Shown here: in pieces, positions 26,661-39,726 of the stretch
Position numbering within the stretch: the stretch's first letter is position 1
Layout: every line of letters begins with the position of its first letter
NCBI GenBank assembly: GCA_003427395.1
Contig: BFEA01000020.1
Span: forward strand, 1,874,317-1,938,316
Source of the DNA: Chara braunii
Taxonomy: Eukaryota; Plantae; Charophyceae
DNA length: 64,000 nt
Direction: 5' to 3'
Notes under the pieces: model-generated
Databases searched by the model: none
Told to the model about the DNA's origin: nothing
The model's input: only the letters and a program-made list of their open reading frames with translations
Made by a program: the position numbers and the translations under genes

Positions 26661-27446
26661 TTGTCTGTTCTTTACGAGTAATACACAAGAGAGGGAGGGA
26701 GGAAATGGGAGGTGTTCTCACAGGATTCTAAATAGTGACCGCCGGGGCAGACCACTCTAGAAGGGCACATGAGGCCAGTCAGTGTTAGGGTTGCATAAGA
26801 TTTTGAATTAAGGAGCAGTCGTTCCCTACTGTAAGTGCCTATGGCAAGTGGCCACCTCTACAGACCAGGCAGGATCGGTTTGGGTGTGGCCTGTGGAAGC
26901 ACCACATCCAATCCTCGCAGTCGCAGTTACTGCATCGAATGGCACGACGTAGACAGATGTCACAGGCTACGTGGCTCCTACATGCTAGGAACACAGAGGC
27001 ATGCCGACCACATTTGTAGAGGCCTTGCCGTTCGAGCCCGTCTTCAAATTGGACATGACATGTCAGGGTTCCGTACATGAGTGCAGTGTCGACTGTCATC
27101 ATACGTATGAAGACAAAAGCTTGCGTGCGCGCGCGTCTGTGTGTGTGTGTGTGTGTTTTGTGTGTGGTGTGAATCACTGAGGGTCAGGACCTACTGGTGC
27201 TATGTTCATGCTATGCAAGCACAAACCTGGCAGTATTACGGCCAGGTCCATGCTTTCCAGGAATGCACATAGCACCAATGGATTCTGCCCCTCAATCAGA
27301 CTTCTATCCAGTTAGGTTGCTAAAGGCTTAACAGAAACGAGAAGGAAAAAGTGGCCGTTGCGATGTGCATGACTCGATTCCACATGGTATGGTGCTAATA
27401 TGTCGATGTAAAGTTGCCAGCTGTCAAACCAACACTCATGAGACGT

Positions 27447-27520
27447 GTCGAGTCGAGAAAAAGTTGAGTCGAGTTGAGCCGAGCCGAGCTGAGTTCAGTC
27501 GAGTCAAGTTGAGTTGAGTT
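27447..27520. repeat. Degenerate pentanucleotide tandem repeat (GAGTY/GAGCC)n
   Basis: gagtcgagttgagccgagccgagctgagttcagtcgagtcaagttgagttgagtt. Confidence 0.8.
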
Positions 27521-27638
27521 GTTCCAGATGCTATGGTGCTGTCACGTGGATGCAAAAAAGTTGCAAACAGCTAGAGGAAGTGTCAGTCATCGAGTTGAAG
27601 AATAACAGATTTGGGGAAATGGGATGCAGGAACCATAC

Positions 27639-27692
27639 CTTTTTGTCATACATGTCCGGATAGCCGTAGTTGATTCGCCCTTGATTCTCCAC
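27639..27692 (-). CDS. Next exon of the same beta-galactosidase
   Basis: 54-nt phase-0 exon, CAG|...|GTATGG. Encodes VENQGRINYGYPDMYDKK, matching the GH35 LVEN(M/Q)GR(I/V)NYG motif. Joins the previous exon in frame across a 139-nt intron. Confidence 0.9.
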
Positions 27693-27831
27693 CTGTTCAG
27701 GTTCATGAATGGCAACAAAAACAAAAGAGGATAATAAGAATGCAAAGACTTCGTGAGGGTTTGTAAACAAGGGGCAAACTCGAACTTCAATCTTTGTATG
27801 TATGTGATCCAAGATGAGATAACAAACTTAC

Positions 27832-28050
27832 CAGGATGTTCAGAATCAAACCATCTGAATACTGTGGGACATTCAGCGGAACAAACAGAGTCACTTCTTT
27901 CTCTGGTCTTTGGATTGTCCCAAGGACCAGACGTCGCTTCTGACAAAGTTCCATGCTTCTGTTCCCATTCACCAGGAGTGGTTCTACGATTCCCCTGTGA
28001 TCGCCGCCATTCTTTACAGGCTCCACATAGACCTGTGCCCTGTCATGAAC
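27832..28050 (-). CDS. Exon of a GH35 beta-galactosidase (BGAL17/GLB1-like)
   Basis: 219-nt phase-0 exon with CAG| acceptor and |GTAAGT donor. Encodes VHDRAQVYV...GTIQR...LNIL, matching the GH35 HDRAQV motif. Confidence 0.88.
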
Positions 28051-31000
28051 CTGAGTCAACATGTCGTCAAACAGACGAGAGATTTGGTCACCAAGTCAGA
28101 TTAGATGCGACACAATTATATGGCCTAAACTTAAAAGACAAGGCAAACCCTGTTGCCATCAGAATCCCTGACTAAGAGAGCAGAAGTAAACAGAATAGCA
28201 AACAGCAAAGGAAGAGGAAGTCCACAATGAATGAAACTTGTCCTGGAAATCAATAAAAGAAGTGTAGAAAACACAGCAAGAAGACAGCCACCACAGTGAA
28301 AAGCAAGCAATTGTTTCAATTTGTTTCTCATTGTATTAGCTTCTCGTTTTCTTATGTTTCCTAACTTTCCTTTCTTTTCCTTCCCTTTCTTTCACCTCTT
28401 GTTGGCAATGAATTTTTGCCCATTAGCTAAAGACCAACCTACTTACACTGAACTCAGAGAAAGTGAGCAGTCGGATAGAAGTGCAGCATACGAAAATGAG
28501 TGTCCACTGTCAAATGCAAGGAAAATGAGCAATAGCGAAATGACAGAATTCCAAATTGCTCATTTTCGAGAGGGGCGAATACGCGTGTCGCCACGACACG
28601 CCACGCCTGAGGGCGCGGTCCCCCCCGAAGGACACAGCGGGCAAGCAAAGACAAGGGAGAAAAAGGAGAGAAGGAAGGACGGGACCCTAGAGGAAGAAAA
28701 GGAGAGGGGAAACGACCTACGAACAGGAAAAGACAAAGAGGCAAGGAGAGAGAAGGAAAGATGGGAGGTGTAACTCATTTCCAATCAAAGGAAAATGACA
28801 CCCGAGGCAAACAAAGTAACAACACGACGAAGAAGAGAAGACGCTGCAGCACCCACGCCTTCATCACAACCTACAAGGTTAAAGCGTCCCCTCGCGGAAA
28901 TCAAGGTAAGAACGAAAGGCCCTCTTCTCGAACCCCACCAGGCGCAAGGGACAAAGGACAGGGACAACGGCAAGACAGCGCAAGGACGGGAGAAAACCCA
29001 AGCCTTCAGGAGGAGGAGAGCGACAACCATCCGCGAAACCAAAGGACATTCGAAAGAAGCGAGTAATCGTACCAAGCCTCCAGACCAACTAGGGAAAAAT
29101 CTAGTGCGACAAGAACACGGTAGATCCGACACAGTGAGCGCTTATTTGCCATAGATAGAATTAAATTCGAGTCTGAACAGCCCCAGGACGGGCAATAGCA
29201 CCACTACTTTCAGGGAAACTAGGAACAAAGAGGAATAAGAATAACACAAACGAGACGCGACACCGAGCAATCAACAATCACTCACTCCACGACAAGAGAA
29301 AGAAGAAAAAGAACAAGAACGGACCTACGAAAAAGAGAAAAAACTCAAGCCACTAGTACCTAGAGCAGGAAAGCAGGGAAAGGGACAACTAATCAACAGA
29401 GGAAGGAACCCACCGTAGAACTAATCAACCCAAGACTAGGCTCGCAACGATATTATGCAGCAAATTTAACCAATTTATATTTATTACCTAATTCAATTGA
29501 CCATTACTTACAATAAGAAAGCCCACTATTCGTACCCCAATTTCAGGGATCGAATTCATCCGGCGGTAACTTTTAACCTTTTTCAATAGAACGCAGTATC
29601 CACATTTTTGCTCCTCACAATAGTTGTCTGGACTCGCCCGCGCTCTGTAAAGCACACAGTACTGACCCGATAAATCAACGATCTATGAAGCAAATGTAAT
29701 CAATTTATACTTATTAGTAGTTATGCAATGAACCCAGATCGTGAAGACACTTATCAACAATGCAAGCCCAGATAGATATCAACCTGCTGATGATTGTCAA
29801 TAATCATAATCGTGTCAGATAGAATGAGATGGGAGAAACATACACAGGCGAAAAAAGAAAGGAGGGATAATAGACTTAGAATGGAGAAGAAGACAATGCC
29901 CACTCCTGCTTCGGGCTCCCTCCTCGCTCGCCACCTCAATAATCAATAGTTCGAACACAAATCTGAAGTTCTATCTGAATGTGCCACGTGGCACGTCAAT
30001 CAGTCCTCATCAGCGAGCTGGGGCAATATCGACGTCGAAATAACCAGGTACGTATCTACGATTGCCCCACAGTCATGATCTCCTCCCGAGTGACGATGAA
30101 TCAGAACAGCAATACCAGTCATGTAGCCTCGCCACGTCAGCAACAGTATACGTGGCAGCGGCCACGTCAGCGGCGGGGCGTGGCAGCTGCCACGTCAGCA
30201 TGCCCAAAAGACAATTGCCAGCTAGCCACCATGCCGAGCCAGCAGGGCGTCGCAGCGTCGCACTAGCGTCGTAGTCGACGCGTGAAGTCAGCATTGACAC
30301 AAGACAGAATGTTCTCCAAGCCATGAGGTCCATGCTTATGTAGCATTGATGCGGGGTCTGGACCCCGGTTGCTGCTTCCCTCGGCCGTCGAGATCTCAAG
30401 GCAAATGACGGCCCAGATAGGCCTAAACTGAACTCCCTGTGGCCTTGATGCTGTCTGGGTACCTGCGCACAACAAGTGAGTGTATCCGACCAAGGGCCTC
30501 GGCGTGGTACCTTTGACAGGTGACTTAGACTGCTGACTTTCCGAGGGCAGTGCGTGGTCACACTGCCTGGCACAGGCCGAGTTTGGCCTGTGTAGTCTGG
30601 GCTCCGTTTGAGGCCCAGACTTCTGCAGAACACGGGTTACTGCAGTTATTACCTAATCCAATTAATGTTTATTTACAACAAGAGAGCTCAATATTTCAAG
30701 GATTGAATTCATCTAGTGGTAACCTTTTGCTTTCCAAATAGGGTACGTTATTTACTTTCCGCTCTTCACGATTCTGGTTCGGGCTCGGCAACTCACAGTC
30801 AATCACACAGCACTGGCCCGAGGAAGTCGAGCGAGGCTGTTTCGTTTCGCGCCCTTTGCCCCACCTTCATTAATTAAATTCCCTCTTCGCCCCACTGTCG
30901 ACCCCCCAACTAGTCATCGGTTCGGCTCAGCAGCAGATTACACTCCATCCTGAAACCAACCCCGATCCCCAAGTGGGGAGGGAAAACTCTGCCAAAGATT

Positions 31001-31239
31001 TCTGGAATAACAGGGCTTCCAAACCACCTCAGATTCACCCCAACCAGTCGAATTCCGTCTTCGCCCCACCCTCAACCCTCAACTAGTCATCTGATTGACT
31101 CATCTGCAACTCACAACCGGTCTGGACATCAACCCCCTGCCCCAAGGGGGGAGAGAGAACTCGGCCATTTTGCTCCATAACGTCTATCTAGACCGCAAAC
31201 GGGAGAGGGAAGCCGAGGATCGTCTAGAGGTCACAATGG

Positions 31240-33700
31240 TAGGGATGGGGATTGACACTCAAAATTGGTTATCAGAGCAAACCAAAACTGAATTAGTGAA
31301 AATAGTGAAGTTGGTGGAAGTAGAGAAGAACAGAAGAGAAGAAGCAGTGGTCTACTAATACCCGAAGGAACACATTCAGGAAACTGGACGAGTTTCATAA
31401 AAAGCACGCAGTGCTTTTCACCTTCTCCAGGAAAAGCTAAGAACTGAATCGCCCGGCCAAACTGAAGTGGTTGTGGGACAAGCTCAAAAGCTTGGAACCA
31501 ATGCAAGGAGCTGAACCAAAAATCTCCTTCCATCCCCGAACCAGGAAGGTGATCATGGTCATCTGCAGAGACCCATCTTACGCAGATTTCCTAAGGAACA
31601 AAACCTTCACATGCAATTCTTCAGTGGTTACGGTGCACCCTTGGAAACCGGACACCCCTTTCCAAATGACGCCCTCTCGCTACAAACAAGAACTCATGAA
31701 GAAATACTTCTGGGTACAATTCGACAACGTACATGAAGGCTTGCACGGGGGGATCAAGCAGCGCCTACAAATGGAATATGGCCAATTCAAAGTGATAGAC
31801 TGGATCATAGCAACGCCAAACTTCTTGGTCCCGCAACACAACACCATGACGTTTTGCCTGGATCTCAACAACGGTATACCTCCACAACTGCTTGAGTATT
31901 GGTACGTCGTTGCGAGGGGCAGGACCATCAAAGTCACAGTGTCCTCAAAAGCCGATCTGATGTGCTTCAAATGCAAGCAAAGAGGCCACACAAGAATTAA
32001 CCCCCGCTGTCTGAGAAACATAGAAACCGCCAAACCCAGAGCACTGAAACAGGCGAGCCTGGAGGAAGTAGAAGGGGAACCAGGCTTTTGGTATGTGAGA
32101 AACGCTCAATACATTGGCTGGGTGTTCAATGACAACCTACCCAACCCAGACTGGGTCTGGGTCTTGGAAGGTGAACCGACCCCTAGGTCGGACATCTACC
32201 CCCCCTCAGACAGCAAATGGCACACAATGAAAATTGAAAAGAAGTCGACAAAAATTTTCACAAGGGACCCAGTCCTAAACCTTGAAAGAATGCAAGAAGA
32301 ACATTGCCTCAAAGATCTGCTCATGGACCTGAATGAAACAGGCGAGATGGCAGAAAGAGAATTTATGGAGAAAGAGAAGAGAAGAACAAAAAGAAAAATG
32401 GGGACAGAAACAGGTGAAAACAATCTGCTGACCACCTACTCAAGGAGGGGACCACAAAAATCACGAACGCACCACCAAGAGGAAGCGGCAGGGATGGAAC
32501 CGGATAGCACCGGAACAATCCCAGGGGCAACCATTGCAGACCAACAAGCACCAGACGAAGACGACAAAGTAACAGTCGGAGAAAAAAGAAAGAACCCATA
32601 GGAACGAAAGAGATCAACAACCAAGAGGGTCCAGTTGGAGGATCCAAAAGAAGACAGGGCACAAAGCAGCGAAGAGGAGTGTGAACCATGGGGAGACGCG
32701 GCACTGGAGGAAATAAAGGAATACATACAAAAGGCCAAAAGAGAGAGAGACGCCAAATTCGAACTGCAAATGGCCTACTTCAGGGAAGAGGAAAAGCTCA
32801 AGCAGAAAGCAGGTTCAGGAGACTCCCCTCATACCCTTGACACCAAATCCGTATGCCTAGCTCAAGAAGGAAGAGGAGTTGACGGCCCTGTATGCAGAGC
32901 CATACTGCAAAGCCAAGAAGGACCAGACTCTGAATGATCAAGAACCTTGCACGAAGAAAGAAATCAATTGGGTGTCGAACATATACAGAATGCCAACACT
33001 CCCAGAAACCTACAATGGGAGAAAGAAGGACGAATCCCAAAAGAGAACACAGAAAAAAGAAGAGAGGAAATGAAAGAACAAACTGGGTCAAAGGGAGAAG
33101 GAGGAGAAAGAGAGGGCATCAACAACGAGGGAGACGAGAGAAAGCAGCTTGTTCTGCAGGCAGAAATACTGGATTCACAAGTGGAAAGACTAAGCCATCT
33201 CAACGACGAGCTCAACCTGAAAACCATAACAGTGGAAGGTCTGAATGACCAATCTCAGTTCGCTTTCTGGGAAAGAGCAAGACAAGTGCAGAACACTTCT
33301 ACCTTCGCGGACAGTGATCCCGGTCAAATGGGACGTAACCACGGGTGGCGGCTTCCCACAACTTCGCTTTACTGAAACTGGAAAGGGGCCAGAGCAGAGA
33401 CGAACTACTGTCCAAAGTCGTACCTAGTGCCAAACCTCTAGCAACAGGGCTGGCGGGAGAACCTCTCAAAGTGCAGGAGCTAGGAGAGGGGGGCGAGGCA
33501 AAGGAAGCGGCCAGTCTGGACACAAGGCCAATAGTAGCCCTGTATGACTCAGACAACCATGCTGGGAGAAGACGTTCAGTGGAGACCATGGTGGGAAATA
33601 GCACAACTTCCATTCACAGCGCTGGGATCAGAAACAACATGCAGCAAGCATGGCGACAACGCTGGCTGCAAGGATCTTCAGCAAGGGAGGCAAGGGCATG
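31240..33700 (+). pseudogene. LINE-2 ORF1
   Basis: VHPWKP, YFWVQFDNV and knuckle CFKCKQRGHTRINPRC. Homologous to LINE-1 ORF1. Several stops. Confidence 0.8.
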
Positions 33701-36700
33701 AGGAAGTCTCTAAAGGCAATAGGAGAGGACTCGGGGGAACCCTCGCTTAGCCAGGAACCCTTGCAACTCCCTACCCTCTCTTCCTAAGCTAACTGCAATG
33801 AAGAAAACCGATACACCATTAACCTGTCCAAATGCCTGAGGATAGACGGGCTCTAGATACCAGAACACCCAGAGCTCCAAGGGCCAGCAACAAGGACATG
33901 GGTGAGTTGGAAATCAGATCATGGAATGTTAGAGGGCTAGCAACCATCCTATCGACATCATCCAAGTGGCATAGCTTTGTGGACATGAGTGGGTGGCTTG
34001 ATAACCAACCTCCTGACATCCTCTGCATCCAACAAACACACCTGACTTCAACAACATAATACCAAAACATCCTTAAGGAAATCCTAAGAAGGCTAAGGAA
34101 CATCAAATACGCGATATGTGCAACTAGCCCCAACGTTGGTTCAACAGGAGTACTAACATTAGTACACGAAAAGTCGAGCGCTGCTTAATTCCTGCAAGTA
34201 GAAGGCACCACAAAGGATGAGCAGGAGCGAAGGTGGACAAGAATCGACTTCTCATACAGAGAAGAGGAGTTATCCTTAATCAACACATACGCACCAAACC
34301 AAAACTCACAAAGAAGGGTTTTTCTAGAATTAATAAAGCAAGAGTGTCCTAACCACAGACACCTAATCCTAGCAGGGGACTGGAACGCCACTCTAGAACC
34401 AACCATAGACAAAATCTCACACGCCAGAGATACCTCAGACGAATCGGAGGCCCAAGTAATGTTGGAATTTGTAACCCAAAAAAACCTAAAAGATCCATAC
34501 AGAATGCTTAATCCGACGACAAAGGACTTCACTTGCATCCGGAAATCAACTCAAGGCAGAACCTCGTTCTCAAGAATAGACCACTTCCTAATATCGGACT
34601 CACTAGAGGGGGCAGTAAAAAGCACAGGGATTTTTAAGATTCCCTATTACGGGGGATTTGATCACAACCAAATAGGGTTACATCTATCATTCTCAATGAA
34701 TAACATCCCAGGTAAAAGTTTTTTCAAGCTCAACAACTCACTAATCAAGCTAGATAACTTCAAGAGAGGAGTTAAGCAGGTATGGGAAACCCAAAGACTA
34801 GAGGCCACCAATACAGGATTTCTCAATAGCCTGCCAAAAGCAATACAAGAAGTTGGGAGATGGCTAAGCAAGGCATCAAGACTGGAAGCCAAAAAGAGGA
34901 AAGCAAAACAAGAATTGCTTGTAGCAGTAGTTGAGACTGTGAAATTCAACCTAATAGATAACCCACACTCGCCCATGTACGAAGAACTACTAGAACAAGC
35001 AAGGGAGGAGCTAAAAAAATGGGCAGACTGGAACAAACAGGGACTAGCCATTAGAGCAAGGGTGAAGGACTGGGAGAGCAACGAAAATATGTCTAAATTC
35101 TTTTTCCAAAAAATCAGGTCAAATTGTAGGAACAACAGAATCCTGGGCCTCAAAACTAACCAGGGCACAGTCATGACCACGCAAGAAGGCATCCTTAAAG
35201 TAGCCACATATTGCTAGCGCACACTATACACATCGAGGGCAGCAAAGCAGAACCAGGCAGAGGTACACTGCACAAGGGAAAAGTTTCTAAAACACCTGGA
35301 CGTGAGCATAAAACCGGAGGCCGCCAAAGTATTTAGACAAAGACCTCTCAAAACAAGAACTGTACGAAGCGCTGAGAAGCATGCAACCCAACAAAGTCCC
35401 AGGTAAGGACGATCTGACAAAGGAATTCTGGGTAGAAAACTGACACGTGATAGGAGAAGACCTCTTCAAGTTTTACCAAGAAGCTTTCCAAACAGGATCA
35501 TTAGGGGAAGAACTGAGCACAGGGGTAGTCACCCTCCTATATAAGAAAGGAGAAAGGGAAGATATCAGAAACTACAGACCCATTACTCTTCTATCAGTAG
35601 CCTACAAAATACTAGCGAAAACCCTAGCTAACCACATAAAGCATGTCACAGACAAGTGCTTTCACATAGATCAAACGGGCTTTATCCCGGGCAGATACAT
35701 ACTAGACAACGTAATATGCTTAAACGAGGCAACTAAGTTAATCAGGTACAAGAGAATGCAGGCAACCATACTTTTTTTCGATTTTGAAAAGGCCTATGAC
35801 CAAGTAAACTGGGACTTCCTACAACTCAGCATGGAACGAATGGGAGTAGGCCCAAAATTTAGAAGATGGGTAAAAGTCTTATACGAAGATGCAAGAGGGC
35901 TAGTACAAGTAAATGGACACCTATCCGACACCTACAAAATGACAAGATCAGTAAGACAAGGCGACCCACTAGCAAGGACCCAGCGATTAACAGATTGGTC
36001 CTCGATGGGACGAACCGAACCATTTCTTTCCCCACAGTCATGCTCTTTGCAGATGATCTTACAGTCTTAATCAGAGCTTGTCCTTTCAGTTCTTGACAAG
36101 AACGATTCAAGCTTTCCAGCTCGCCTCAGAAATGAAAATTAACTGGGGAAGAACGGTGGGATGGTAGGAATCTGATCAACCTCCCCCCCCGGAGACATCC
36201 CATACGCAAGGCCTGCAATGGATCAGCCCCGAAGAGCCCATGAGATTCCTAGGAATCTCAGTCTCAGCAGAAGGAACCAACGACATCATAGGACTGAACA
36301 TATTGGCCAAAATCATAAACAAGCTATTGGGTTGGCAGAAAGTCTACACCTCGCTCACGGGTAGAGCTCTAATGCTAAACACATCCATCTTCTCCATGGC
36401 ATGGTACACCGCATCGATATGGGACCCCCCCCCAACACTTCATTTCAACACCGAAGAAGAAAGCGGGGGCTTATCTCTGGACAGGTGATCCAGCCAAGGA
36501 TAGATACATCTTGAAGGTCGCTTGGAAATACATAACCAGATCAGTTAAAAAAGGAGGGATAGGCTTGATAAATCCGGTAAACAAGTACAAAGCTCTACAA
36601 ACTAAATGGATAGTAAGGGTAATCCTACACAAGGAACTACCATGGCACGACATGGCACTGTACCAGATTAGTAATCTGACACCCTTCAAAACGGACCCAC

Positions 36701-38581
36701 ACATAGAGGGGTACCACTGGTTAATGAACACAACATGGACACCATGAGTAGAAGGCAGAAGAGAACGCAAAAACCACCAAACAATTAAAAACTCCCCAAG
36801 CATGCATTGGAGAACCCTTATAACGCATTGGAGAGCATTCCCGAAAAAAGGTAGAAAACCAAAAACAAAAGAAGAAATCTTGAGGCAACCACTCTTCGGC
36901 AACCCCCTTCTACTGGATGGGAGAGACAAACCATGGACCTTAACAAGCAAAGGCAAAAAATGGAGAAAATGGGTCGAGAACGGAATATGGAAAGTATAAC
37001 ACATCTGGAAGGAAGAAGGAAAACGGTGGAAAACAACCTCAGAATTGAGGCAACATTTAAAGGGCTGCCACAATCTGGAAAAAAACTTCGAGGAAATGTT
37101 GGATAGCACGCCACTAGAATGGAGAGCCACACTAAAAGGAGAAATCAAATGGCAGAAAGGGGATTGGGCAACAGGCAGAACTCATACAACACCCTCGGTA
37201 GCACTCAAATTCACCAAGCGAATAGAGAATCAGAACAACATAGCAGAATTCAAGGTACACAAAATAGTGAACAAGCACAAATCAATAACAGAAGTTAAAG
37301 AAGAGATCATAACAACCCTAGAATTCAACTTAGAAAACATGAGAAAAGTCAGAGCATCGGGACTCAAGAGGAAAACAAGTCCCCCAGGGAGAGAAAACAG
37401 CCCCCAAAAATGGATAGTCTTCAGACTAGATAAAGGCATCAGAGAACTGGAAATAGACCCAACAGAATGGGGATGGTATGTTAAACAGGGGGGGGGGGGC
37501 AGAGCCAGAAAGTTAATTAGCTTACAAGACTATACAGTCAAGACAGGGTATAAGATAAGAAACAAGACAGTCGATCCGCGCACAACCATCTAAAAAAGAT
37601 GGATCAAACATCTAGGGGAAGAGCATGGATGGCCTACGCAAATTCCCTGGGATTACTATAACCAGGGGGATGGAAAGTCTCTTTGGGAACAGACAAGAAG
37701 CTGGTGTATGGCGTGAGGCTGATGGACGACGTGTCTATTTTTCTGGCTTATAACCAGGGGGATGGAAAGTCTATTGCCAAAGCCAATAGGATTAGAAGAT
37801 GTTTCGAAGGATGCTATCCTAAGTCACTTACCTTAAAAAGGACGGACGACAGTTCCGGATCGTGGGACTTTCTCGGGTGTGCAATGGAGGTGAAATCGAG
37901 TTTTCCTTTTTTGGGGTGTTTTGGTCTACCGATGAATTGATTTTCGGGACAGGGCAGGACTTCAGTTCGTGGTCCTGCAGAAGGCAAAAATTGGCGTCTA
38001 TCACGGGTTGGCTGTACCGTATAGACAGGAACATGACGGTTTGAGCCCGTATTCCACAGCAGGTTCTTACATTGAGAAAGGAATACAGGGCTAAGAGCTT
38101 TTGAGATCGGCTCTTCGCGAAGGCTCTTGAAAACTTCGCGCGGAATCGCGACTCAATTTGGCAATTGACCGCCAGCCTTCTCTGTTGTGACTCGGTATAG
38201 TTCGACTATATATAGAATTTTAGACTACGGTCTATTCCTCTTTCGACATGGCACTAGGTTTTGCGCCTGGTTTTTGGGAAGTGGAAGGCAGGTGAAGTGT
38301 AGGGAGAAGATGATGTGGAGAGCGTCGTTTTCGCGACCTCTTCGATTTTTACTTCTCTCTAACAAAGCTTTTGTCGCAGTTTCTTGGACTCTCGATCTTG
38401 CTGATCGTGTGTGTGTGAATTTTCACCCCTAGCTAAAGCCCTTGGTAACCTGTGGAGGGCAGACACTTCGCGTGGTGGTCAAGCTTATCGGAGTTGTTGT
38501 TGCGGAGGGCAGACACTTCGCATGGTGGTCAAGCTTATCGGAGTTGTTGCTGATTTTCAAGACCTTGCTGACGAGTACAAG

Positions 38582-39726
38582 ATGGCTTCAACAAGTCAAC
38601 AAGGCGGACACGACGGTGGGGGTGGGGAACCTCCATGACGAGGTCCTCCCATTTGCTACAGTTGTAAACAGCCGGGCCACTATGCTCGAGACTGTTGGTT
38701 ACATTGGAAGGACAAGTGTGAAGCTTTGGAAACTAAGACCGATACGGACTCGTGTCTACGGCAGCGAGGACGTTCCCCCTCTCCTGTGAGTCGACGGTGG
38801 GAGCCAGCTAAGAGGTCGCCTTCGGCGGATGACAAGCACCAAGGCACGGGGTCGGATAGTGTCAAGGATCTAGTGACCCTCTTGGTAGCAAAAGAGGAGG
38901 CTAAAGCTCATAAAAAGCAGGAGAAGGAGGAAAGGGAGCGTGAGGAACGAGAGAGACCGGAGAAGGAGGAAAAGAAGAAGCGTAAGGAGGAGAAACGTAA
39001 GAAGGAACAAGATGAGAATGATCCGCGCTTGGCCAAGATCATTGACATTCAATTTTCGAAAAGGTATGGACAGAAGTTGGAGCGAATGGAAGAGGTTGAG
39101 GGCTCACCGGAAAGCGGTAGGAACCGCAGTCGTAGAAGGCGGGAGCAGCGAAGAGCATGGAAGCTTCGACAATTTCGAGACAGGTATTACTCTTCCGAAG
39201 ACGAGCTATCCGAGATTAGCCATCGTACAGGGCACCTGACGATCGCGGACAAGCGCAAGAGGACAACTACTACGGAAGAGGAGGAGTCTAGCCCGGGGAA
39301 CACGCCAGTCGCGGACAATCGAGTGCGGAGAGGGCGTCCTCCCATGTCTACGAAGAAAATGAAGACAGGGTTAAAGCCCATTACTACGAGGAGCCTTCAA
39401 AGAAAGGAGCCATGGCGAGCTCGGGACCTTGCGCAAGGGAGAGGTTTGTGGAGGATACGATCAAGTATTTGGAAGGTTTGGATTATCGTGAAATCCAAAA
39501 AATGAGCAAGAGCGACGGGGTGTCGTATGTTCGAAAAGGGCAGGCGGTGGCGGCCCTGGCGGAGCACCGAGCAAGGATTGCTTGCGGGCACGAGAAGGAG
39601 AGGGTCGACTTACAATCCTACGCGTCCAAGGTGAAGGAGGAGCCGATTTCAACCTCGACTTCGGAAGAAAGTGAGTCGGAGGACGAAGAGACTACTGAGG
39701 GGTCAGAGAAAGAGGATTTGGACTGA
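38582..39726 (+). pseudogene. Upstream gag-like ORF of the Penelope-like element (CCHC knuckle, coiled coil, SAP-like motif)
   Basis: MASTSQQGG.., TGA at 38636, then CYSCKQPGHYARDC (38654-38695) in frame with ORF 38726-39505. A frameshift near 39400 leads into LDYREIQKMSKSDGVSYVRKGQAVAAL. Confidence 0.75.

Noticed and set aside
28447-28508. Possible further beta-galactosidase exon (AG...GTAAGT on the minus strand)
   Set aside because: No frame resembles GH35 sequence.
38563-38604. Hammerhead ribozyme in the Penelope leader (CCTTG-CTGACGA...CAAGG)
   Set aside because: No GAAA and no stem II. It overlaps the apparent ORF start MASTSQQG.
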